A stretch of 56,163 nucleotides of DNA from Hydrurus foetidus (Eukaryota): positions 1 through 56,163 of the forward strand of contig UYFQ01000329.1 of assembly GCA_900617105.1 (NCBI GenBank), in the 5' to 3' direction. Each line of letters starts with the position of its first letter. Within the stretch, counting starts at the first letter, position 1. This document shows positions 47,651-56,163 of this stretch, piece by piece. Under the pieces are notes generated by a model, which made no database searches, was not told where the DNA came from, and saw only the letters and a program-made list of their open reading frames with translations. Position numbers and translations under genes: made by a program.

Positions 47651-50600
47651 TGTTGCATGGATCCCGACGGTCAGCGGCGTGTACCCTGGGGGTGCGAGTC
47701 GAGACCGTTGGATGTGTGGGCTCGTGGAGCCATCCGTTCAACTATCTTCAACATGGATAGTAATGTGCAATTCTCTTGATATGTAATAGCTTCGTTGCCG
47801 TCTTGATTGATGACGGTGCACAAGTTTAATTATCAAGTAATTACACAATCAAGTCTATCTTACGAGCCTTGGGTTACCGGTCACTTCACGTCGAGTCGCG
47901 AACCATCCGGAGTCAGAGAATCCCCAACATAATTAAACTAAGCAGCGCATCGAGATGCCGCCAATGTAGTCCGGATAGAAGGTAGGTCGATAGAGAAAAG
48001 GTGTTAGTTAGTTACGAGGCTAAGCTAGAAGCTAGGATAAACTTCTACGAGTAGGCTAGAGCTAGCTAGCAGCTGCGCTAGAGATGTATGTGTACAGTAG
48101 GCGGTAGGATCGGATGGATCGGGACTAGGTCCGGTACGGCCCGTAGGCCCGGTATAGCCGGTCCGACCACATCACCCCCACTTATCTTTTTTCTGAAGAA
48201 AAAGAACCTATGACGCGACCACCACGTTTTGTACAAAAATCTAATACAACTAAAACTAACTAAAGGAAGAATAAAGAAAAAGATTACAAAAATGTAAACA
48301 TCATAATACATTAAAATGTAAAAAATAAAAATCTATACAAGTAGACTGGGTGGTGGGTCGGTCAAGGTGACAAGGTGGGTGCCTAGTACCATGTACTTGC
48401 GCACGAGACCTCGATACGTAATTATGTCAGATTTTTACTGACTAAAACCATAAAAACCTCATAGAGGGAAAAATTAGGAAAAATCTTCAAAAGATAATAC
48501 GTTCGAGATCAGCAACTTAGGCTGATGTCTCAATGTTTTTGGGAATGAAATGTTTCATTTTGTTATCCCGTAAATAATCATGGAGTGCTTCACAGAGCCG
48601 TAGTGATTTCCACGGCTCCCATGTATTATGAGAGTCATCGTAGTTGAGCCATTTAACATGGAACGACATTGTAGTCGGTTTCTTGGTGTCACCAGCGTGA
48701 CCCAGAACTTTCTCAACCACGAACTCCATGTAATCGCGACGAGCAGTGTCAGCAGGTATATCTACCTCTGGGTCATAATTGAATATTTTCAAATTCTTGA
48801 CGTGAACACTTCGTGTCTTGTGGTTTACAAGATTAGCGATAACATACTCGGACCCCTTAAAGGAGACAATACAGTAAGGGCCATGCCACTTAGTATGTAA
48901 TCGAGTTGGAGGTCGATCAGTGTATCGGCATAAGACATATGACCCCACGGGGAACACAGTCGCTGATTCAGCTGACGCGGCGTTTTTAGCATCCGCTTTT
49001 AACAAAGTTTGAACCGCAGTTTCAAGTACTTTGTCTTGTACACTTATCAAATCTGATATGTACGTTGATCTTGAATGTGTTCCGACACTTAAGTGTGGAG
49101 TGAGAATACCACGATTCAAATCAAGTTTGTTTCCGAACAATAAATGAGCGGGGCAGACACCTGTGCGTCTATTAACTGAACCGTTAATGATACGTTGCAC
49201 GAATGGGATTGACTTAGCATATCCCTCAAGGGTTTGTTTATCAAAAACTAAACCTCTTAAGTGTCTATTCACCTCTTTGTTGACTCTTTCAACAATTGCA
49301 TTCTCTTGTTTCGAGTAAGCAAGGGTGAGATTATGTGGTGTTCCACAAAGATCTAAGAATTCTTTGATCAATTCATTTGCGAAATGTGATCCTCGATCAG
49401 ATCTAATCATATTTGGTGATCCAAATCGACCAAAATGCGCAAGCAAACAGTCAGCTGCTGATTTAGCATCTGCGTCTGCACACCAGAACAATTCTGTCCA
49501 TCGTGTGAATGTATCGATGATGACTAGGATATAACCTTTGTCAGGAAATGGACCAATATAGTCAACATTTAGCGTATCGAAGATAGCATAATTTGAAGTT
49601 GCAAAATGAGACGCATTGATCTTAGGATCTTTTGCACTCAACTTTTGACAACACGGACAGTTCTGTATGAACGTACGTACATGTTGTTTCATGTGTTTCC
49701 ATACTTGTTGTAAACTAAACAACCGAGTAAGGGTACGGTCTACGCCGTTGTGACCGACAATTGCATTGTGGCACATTTGAATGTATTCTAACTGATCGTC
49801 TGAAGCTGGTTCTATGACCGTCAGAGCTGATACAGTGAAAGACGATGATGAAGTAGGAAGTAATTCCAATTCTTCTGTTCGTAATGGCAGAGCAATTTCT
49901 GTCAGATTAGGACAAAGCCTTGACAGTGCGTCTGCCAAAACATTCGAAGTACCGGGTACGAATACCACGGTAAAATCTAGTTCTTGCATAGCAATGAACC
50001 ATCTCGCCACCATTGAGGTAGGATTTTGTTTCATATATGTTATGTTCAAATGATCCGTATGGATAGTGAACGTACGATCTCTGATTAGATAATCGAGTTG
50101 TGTACAACAAAAGAAGATGGCATAAGCCTCTTTTTGTATCGTAGACCACCTTATTTGTGTGGGTGTCAACGATTTGCTAATGAAAGCAATTGGTTGCCAA
50201 ATGGCACCAACAACTTGGAATAAGACTCCACCGATACCAAAGTCGGATGCGTCTGTATACAAGCGGATGTCTAACTTATTGTCATCAATGAAGTACATTA
50301 ATGGACAACGAGATATAGCAATCTTTGTGTCAACAAATGAGTTGGTGCTCTTTTGAGTCCAAACTACAGCAGAACGTCTCGGAGCAGAGTGATCAATCAT
50401 ATCCTGCATTGGCTTAACCAAAGTGGAGTGCATTGGTACAAACTGTCGAAAATAGTTTGCTAAACCCAAAAATGACCTGAGTAAGGTTAAATTTTTAGGT
50501 ATAGAAAAGTTTAAAACTGTTTCTATCTTCTCTTTTGACATGGATAGACCATCTTTGTCAACGACTCTGCCAACGTATTCAATACGTGGAAGGCCGAAAC

Positions 50601-51870
50601 GGCATTTTTTAGCTTTGAGTCTTAGACCCTTAAGTCTAAATCTTGCAAAAACTTTTTTCAAGTTAGTAAGAAACTCTGCTTCACCCTTGCCATATACTAT
50701 ACAATCGTCGAGATACATCTCGCAACAATGATAGATAAGGCCATAGAGGACCGCCGTTACCATCTGCTCTTGAAAGTAAGAGGGGGCTCGACACGGACCA
50801 AAGGGCAGTCTCGTAAACTGAAATACCCCCGCAAAGCATATGAATGCCGTAAAAATGCGGTGTGCGGGGTGTAACGGTGCTTGATGGTAACCAGCGGTTA
50901 AATCCATCACACCAAAAATATCCGGTTTTTTATTACCGATCCTCTCAAAGAGGTGTTTGATATTTGGTAACGGGAATGAGGCCGGCTTAAGACACCTATT
51001 AAGTGGCCGGTAATCGATGCAGGTTCGAAATTTACCGGGTGACTTAGTTACTATTACAGGATGACTGTAATAAGCGGCATCTGATCGCTCTATAACCCCT
51101 GATGCAAGCATCTCGTCAAGGTTTTCTTTGAGAGCAACCTCTTTCGTTGATGACTGGGGACGTACCGGCGTACGGTTTTCGTCTTTTTCCCACAACTCAA
51201 GTGGGATGTTAATCTCAAAGGGTTTAAGTGACGCTGGTTTCTCAGCTAATTGATCACTGAAGATGTCTGAATATTCAGAACAGAGCTCTCGGAGCTTCCT
51301 TTGAAAGCTTTCATCTCCTTCAAAGGTAATCTCTTTGAGGAAATCCTCTGGCCCTTTGGGCAAGTCATCTTGACTAGGTTTCTCCGCCAAGAAGGGGCAA
51401 ACGTATCTATCTTGCCATCGTCAATCTCGTCAACTGAGAGTGCGACACCACTGGGCCATAAAGGCTCAGTGACATAGTCTAAGGTATCAGAGTCCTCAGA
51501 AGTGTTTGTAGGGGTGGGAATCTGGTCGCCACCTAGGTGCGGTGTATCACCCGTACGTTTTGCGAGAATAGTAGTGACACTATTCAGTCGCTCACAACCT
51601 ACAACACCACAGGGATCTTGGGTCATGACTCCCTCGATCTCCATCTGAGTATCGTTACATGTCGACATTGTATGGACACAAGAGACGTTGCTCTTCGAAG
51701 AAGATTGACCATGCAATATGCTCTTCTTGTTTGGATACTCGAAAGATCCGTGTGTTTCTCTCTTTTTAGAGGGTGGTTTACCGCCTGGATATTTCAGCTT
51801 GTCGTAGTCGTCTTGTTTGAAGAACGTCGCAACCCACTGAAGGCAAAAACAGAAAGAGTTTTGTGTTGAA
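47651..51870 (-). mobile_element. Ty3/Gypsy chromovirus-like element 1, 5'-truncated (gag, protease and 5' LTR absent)
   Basis: pol ORF, 3' UTR, PPT agaaaaaagataagtgggggtga, then LTR starting TGT at 48171. Distal LTR end (~47651-47680) inferred. Confidence 0.9.
48517..51390 (-). CDS. Gypsy pol: RT-RNase H-integrase-chromodomain
   Basis: CIDYRPLN, DLTAGYHQ, RLPFGP, YLDD, TDASD, LADALSR, H/H/CPCC, VDYIGP, RSDRGSHF, VERVN, WHGPY, VEKVLGH..VKWLNYDDSHNTWEP. Frameshifted upstream extension 51246-51716. Confidence 0.97.
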   Translation of the reverse strand: MAEKPSQDDLPKGPEDFLKEITFEGDESFQRKLRELCSEYSDIFSDQLAEKPASLKPFEINIPLELWEKDENRTPVRPQSSTKEVALKENLDEMLASGVIERSDAAYYSHPVIVTKSPGKFRTCIDYRPLNRCLKPASFPLPNIKHLFERIGNKKPDIFGVMDLTAGYHQAPLHPAHRIFTAFICFAGVFQFTRLPFGPCRAPSYFQEQMVTAVLYGLIYHCCEMYLDDCIVYGKGEAEFLTNLKKVFARFRLKGLRLKAKKCRFGLPRIEYVGRVVDKDGLSMSKEKIETVLNFSIPKNLTLLRSFLGLANYFRQFVPMHSTLVKPMQDMIDHSAPRRSAVVWTQKSTNSFVDTKIAISRCPLMYFIDDNKLDIRLYTDASDFGIGGVLFQVVGAIWQPIAFISKSLTPTQIRWSTIQKEAYAIFFCCTQLDYLIRDRTFTIHTDHLNITYMKQNPTSMVARWFIAMQELDFTVVFVPGTSNVLADALSRLCPNLTEIALPLRTEELELLPTSSSSFTVSALTVIEPASDDQLEYIQMCHNAIVGHNGVDRTLTRLFSLQQVWKHMKQHVRTFIQNCPCCQKLSAKDPKINASHFATSNYAIFDTLNVDYIGPFPDKGYILVIIDTFTRWTELFWCADADAKSAADCLLAHFGRFGSPNMIRSDRGSHFANELIKEFLDLCGTPHNLTLAYSKQENAIVERVNKEVNRHLRGLVFDKQTLEGYAKSIPFVQRIINGSVNRRTGVCPAHLLFGNKLDLNRGILTPHLSVGTHSRSTYISDLISVQDKVLETAVQTLLKADAKNAASAESATVFPVGSYVLCRYTDRPPTRLHTKWHGPYCIVSFKGSEYVIANLVNHKTRSVHVKNLKIFNYDPEVDIPADTARRDYMEFVVEKVLGHAGDTKKPTTMSFHVKWLNYDDSHNTWEPWKSLRLCEALHDYLRDNKMKHFIPKNIETSA

Positions 51871-51875
51871 GGCTT

Positions 51876-51914
51876 GTTCTATTAATTTCAACTCCGAGCA
51901 GTATCGTCAGGAAC
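51876..51914 (-). ncRNA. Minimal type I hammerhead ribozyme-like motif
   Basis: Minus strand: GUUC CUGACGA UACUGCUCGGAGUU GAA AUUAAU A GAAC. Stem I GUUC/GAAC, weak stem II ACU/AGU, palindromic stem III. Confidence 0.55.
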
Positions 51915-52602
51915 TGCACTGCAAGCAAAAACTCAGGTTATGCGCTGTTAGCTACGGAGGACCAGAGGAAGACATGAGTCTAAGTCGATAGCATTGACAC
52001 GCAGTAGTAAGTTATTTGTGACAAAAATGGAAATAGCAGCAAAAAAGTTGAAAAAGTTCGAGAACAGAAGAAGTAAATCGACGGACTACTACTGTAGACT
52101 AATGGTGCTGCGAATTATAAGACGATGTATTCTAATTAAAGAAACAAAATTTATACTACGGTGTTGCGATCTTGTTAGGTTAGAGGCGGGGTGGCGCCTA
52201 AAGTGACAGGTAGACAGAGGCGAGGAAGTAAACTTAAGGTTGGTGAGTAAGATTGGAATCAAAAACTGAGAGGAGAAAGAGGGGGATGATTTCCGTGTAA
52301 AAACTGTAAGTCTATATGAGGGGAAAAATTTTTAAAACCTCCACAGAAAAACGAAAATCCTACGGATAGAGGGGAGTGGGGTAAAGTGTAGTGGGGGGTC
52401 CGATGGGGTGACGTCGAAGTGAGGAGGTCTTGGGACGTTTGCCAGTGGGTCCCAGGTGGGGGGAAAGGGGGGCTCGTGGGAAGGGAAGAGGAGGAGATGG
52501 GAGGACGGAGGTGGTAGGATAGAGTGCGAGGGCAGTAGGGCTAGTAAAATAGAGTGGGAAGGAGAAATAGACGAGAGGAGTGCTGTATTGGTGAGAGGAA
52601 GG

Positions 52603-53745
52603 CTAGGGTGCGGGAGGAACAGGGTGCGGGAAGGAGGTGCTAGTGAGGGCGTTGCCCAGGTTGGGGGTGCCCGTGTAGCAGATGATGGGGGGTCTGGTAG
52701 GGAAAATGGATGAGAAGTCAGGATCCGCGTAGAGAGATTGTGTGTAGCGTAGTAGAGGGGAGAGGTTGAGTTGGATAGTGCGAGGGGTGCGTGGTGTCTT
52801 AAAGATGATGGGGGTTAGAGAGTGAGCAAAGGTGTTAGAAACCTTTGTGAGGCGAGAAGTGAGAAGGGTAGTGCGGAGAGGGATACTAGCGAACCAGATG
52901 TTGAGGTCAGATGCGTTGTAGCCACGTGCAAGGAGACGTGTGAAGAAGAGGTTTTTGATAGATTGGTAGTCTAGGTCGGAGGAGCAGAATTTACGGTAGC
53001 GTTTAAGTTCAGCAATAACAATTGAGGAGAAGTTGGAGTGAGCTGAGAATTGGGGAATGTATAGATAGTTATTCATTGGTTTCTGGTAGACAATGGTGTC
53101 AAACAGTTGAGAGTCAGTGAAGCGGGGGCCTTTAAAAAGTTTGATGTCCATGAATATGCCCGAATGTAGAGAGATGTCGTGGGTTATTTTTATGTTGAGT
53201 GGGCGGAGATTATTGTATGTGGTGAGGAAGAGTTTGGATGAGTATTCGTCATCAAAGATAGCGATGATGTCGTCAACAAAACGCTTATATAGGGTAGGTG
53301 GTGTAAAGAGGGGATCTAGATGGCAGGTTGTAAAGCATTCGATTTCAAGCATTGAAAGGTAGATGTTGGCAAATGTGACAGCGAGTGGGGTACCCATAGC
53401 AGTACCCTTAATTTGGAGCCATGTACTATCCCCAAAGGTAATGTAGTTGTTACAAAGTACGAATTGAGTGAGGGATAGTATTAGGTTGATAGTGGGTAGG
53501 GGAATTAGTGCGAGAGTAAGAGCTTTATGAAGTTGCTGGAGGCCATCGTTGATGTCGATAGAGGGATAGAGGCTAACGACGTCAGCGGTGAAGATGATTG
53601 AAGAGGAGGAGTAGGAGGTGGTGTTGAGAAGATGTAATAGTGTGGTTTGACGGCGGGGCCTAGGACGGGAGGCGAAGTTGGAGAAAGCGGAGGACGGAAG
53701 GCGTGGGCAAACGAAGGCAAAGTCGAGAGTCGGTGGAATAGACTT
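52603..53745 (-). CDS. Penelope-like reverse transcriptase (partial)
   Basis: Frame stays open upstream of the called ORF: TADVVSLYPSID, NYITFG..WLQIKGTAMGTPLAVTFANIYL, KRFVDDI, FMDI, VYQKPMNNYLYIP, AELKRY, RLLARGY. No C-terminal GIY-YIG. Confidence 0.9.
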   Translation of the reverse strand, partial: KSIPPTLDFAFVCPRLPSSAFSNFASRPRPRRQTTLLHLLNTTSYSSSSIIFTADVVSLYPSIDINDGLQQLHKALTLALIPLPTINLILSLTQFVLCNNYITFGDSTWLQIKGTAMGTPLAVTFANIYLSMLEIECFTTCHLDPLFTPPTLYKRFVDDIIAIFDDEYSSKLFLTTYNNLRPLNIKITHDISLHSGIFMDIKLFKGPRFTDSQLFDTIVYQKPMNNYLYIPQFSAHSNFSSIVIAELKRYRKFCSSDLDYQSIKNLFFTRLLARGYNASDLNIWFASIPLRTTLLTSRLTKVSNTFAHSLTPIIFKTPRTPRTIQLNLSPLLRYTQSLYADPDFSSIFPTRPPIICYTGTPNLGNALTSTSFPHPVPPAP

Positions 53746-56163
53746 GTGTTAGTATCTTACAGTTGAGTATATACAAGTGATGTGTACGCTAAGTGCATTC
53801 ACGTCATATGTGGAACTAAGACCTAAAAGTGGAATCTGAGCGTAATATACCTATTGTACCTAGTTAACCTAGACACATTGTATTCCCTTAGGAATGCAAT
53901 AAGGCTACACTACCCCTTCTTCCTTTTTTGAGATCTTTGATTTGATATACAGACTAAAAGAGATATGTAAAACATGTATATGAGATATAGATGAAACGAT
54001 TATGTCAGACTTTTACTGACTAAACTCTCCAAAAAAGACCCGTAGGTAAAAAAAGAGGAGAGAATCCTCATGGATAAAGTTTCAAATATATTAAGTCATC
54101 GATGTTGCTTATTGATTAATTTAGTCATGTTATTATGACGTAAATAATCATGAAGTTTATCAACATCACGAAGATTTGAATAAGGTTCCCAAGTGTTTTT
54201 GTCAGAAGGGTAATTTAACCATTTGACTAAAAACTCTATGTGGGTACGTTGGTGTTTGCCACGATGATCAAGAATGTCTTCAACAAAGTATTCCATGTGA
54301 TCACGTCGTGCAACATCCAACGGATTTGTGATTGAAGGGTCAAATAGAAAAGGTTTCATTGCAGAAACATGAAACTCTGAAGTTTTCTGAGTGACTAAAT
54401 CATAAAGTGTGTAACGCGAATTTTCGCCACTAACGACTTTTAATGGACCTCTCCAATGCGTGTGAAGACGTGAAGGAGGGATCCATCGCGATAGTGCACT
54501 AAGACATAAGAGTCTTTTGGATACTCTACATGCTGAAAAACTTGAGACTGACTTTGATGAAGCAAATCTGTGCGAAGAAGTTCTTTAGCAGAAGCTTTAA
54601 GAAGACTGTCTTGCGTTTTGAGTAGATTGCTCATACGCTTTGACAAAGGTTTGTCATCAGTAACATTTCGCTCAGCAGGAGGTAAAAAGATACCTCTATC
54701 GAGTTTAAGTACATTTCCGAAAAGAAGTTGAGAAGATGATATTTTTAAACGATCACTGTGATTAGAATTTAAAATTCGTTGCACAAATGGAAGTGACGTT
54801 TTATAATCTTCTAGTGTGACATTATCGAATGTTAATGCACGAAGATGTCTATTAACTTCTTTATTCATGCGCTCAACAATAGCATTTTCTTCTTTAGAGT
54901 ATGCTAAAGTAAGACAATGTTGAGTGCCAATAAGAGTTAGAAACTCTCTAATAACTTCGGAAACGAAGTGTGGCCCATTATCAGAACGGAGTTGGAGAGG
55001 TGCGCCGAAACGACCGAAGTGTTGCAAGAGGCATTTAGCTGTTGAAAGTGCTGTAGCATCTTCTGTATGAAACAGTTCAACCCATCTTGTGAACGTATCG
55101 ATAATTACGAGTACGTACCCGCCGTCTGGAAACGGTCCTATGAAGTCTATGTTAAGGCATTCCATAGGTGTGTAAGTAGAAGTTGAGAAACCATGAGCAT
55201 GTATTGGTATCTTTAACATACTCATTTTCTGACAACACGAACAGTGATCTATGAACCACCTGACGTGCTGACGCATATATTGCCATACTATCTTTTTGTC
55301 AATGAGACGCTTTAAAGTGCGCTCAAGGCCAAAATGCCCAACTTGTGAATTGTGTACTTTACTGATTGTATTGTACTGATCACGTGTTAGTTTGAATTTT
55401 TCAATAGTATTAGCAGACATGATTGCATCAGGAGTATATTCCTGAGGGAAATCAACCATGTTATTGCGACAGAGTCGAGACATCGAATCAGCTATATCAT
55501 TGTTAGCACCAGGTATATATTCAATTTTAAATGAATATTCGGATAAGGCCATAAACCACCGAACAATCATTGGATTTGAATTATCCTTTATGTATAACAA
55601 GTTACGATGATCTGTACGCAATGTGAACGTACGATCACGTAATAGCGATTTTAAATACGTGCACGAATAAAAGATAGCATATGCTTCTTTTTGTATAACA
55701 GCCCAACGAAGCTGAGCTTTGTTAAGTGATTTACTGACAAATGCTATGGGCGTTTCTTGACCGTCAACTAGCTGGAAAAGATAGGCACCTACACCATAGT
55801 CCGATGCATCAGTGTGCAAGTAAATCGGATCGGTGTCACTTAAAAAGTGCATAGTCGTGCATTTTGAAATCTCGGATTTGATCAAATTGAATGCTCTGAG
55901 AGATTCTATTGTCCAAGTTATTTTCTTATACTTATTATAGTTAAGAAGCAACTGATGTAACGGGTATACAACAGTAGAAGCGTTTCTAACAAAGTCGTGA
56001 AAATAATTAACCAATCCTAAAAAACTTTTGAGTTGTTTAGATAGTACTGGTTTAGGAAAATCTAAGACAGTCCGTATTTTTTCTTGTGACATTCTAAGTC
56101 CATCTGCAGATAGAACTTTGCCAACATAATCTATTTCGGCATAGCCTAGATAACACTTATTCA
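53745..56163 (-). mobile_element. Ty3/Gypsy chromovirus-like element 2 (3' part; continues beyond window)
   Basis: pol, 3' UTR, PPT aaaaaaggaagaaggggtag, LTR starting TGT at 53909 (distal end uncertain or truncated). Confidence 0.92.
54096..56163 (-). CDS. Gypsy pol (RT end, RNase H, integrase, chromodomain), one frameshift near 54480
   Basis: SFLGLVNY, TDASD, IADSMSR, CSCC, IDFIGP, RSDNGPHF, VERMN, then after the frameshift SRLHTHWRGPL and VEDILDH..VKWLNYP..NTWEP. Confidence 0.96.

Larger units (their letters stand above)
51876..53745 (-). mobile_element. Penelope-like element (PLE), 5'-truncated
   Basis: PLE-type RT, ~700-nt 3' region and terminal hammerhead-like motif. Boundaries approximate. 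Confidence 0.8.

Overview
Eukaryotic nuclear DNA with GT-AG introns that are often filled with simple repeats; probably a protist such as a stramenopile (inference only). From left to right: an unexplained 1 kb, then a complete Ty1/Copia LTR retrotransposon (1069-6637, ATAGT target-site duplication). A gene-rich core follows: BRE/BABAM2-like, a small four-repeat protein, an ARM+EF-hand protein, an RDH-type SDR, an MSP1/ATAD1-like AAA ATPase, DDX1 (whose 5-kb intron holds a 55 x 61-bp array), a nodulin-like MFS transporter and a UBL-domain protein. From about 45.9 kb there is a transposon pile-up: two TA-flanked MITEs, a TIR element carrying a tRNA-like Pol III unit, two chromodomain Gypsy elements and a Penelope-like RT. 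The most interesting signals are: (1) the Copia primer-binding site is not obviously tRNA-complementary but pairs with its own LTR (Tf1-style self-priming candidate), and the element also lacks a polypurine tract; (2) a minimal hammerhead-like motif at the 3' end of the Penelope element; (3) a 26-nt hairpin element conserved in sequence and position in the 3' UTRs of two divergent Gypsy elements. All exon structures were read by eye, and many frameshifts may be assembly errors.
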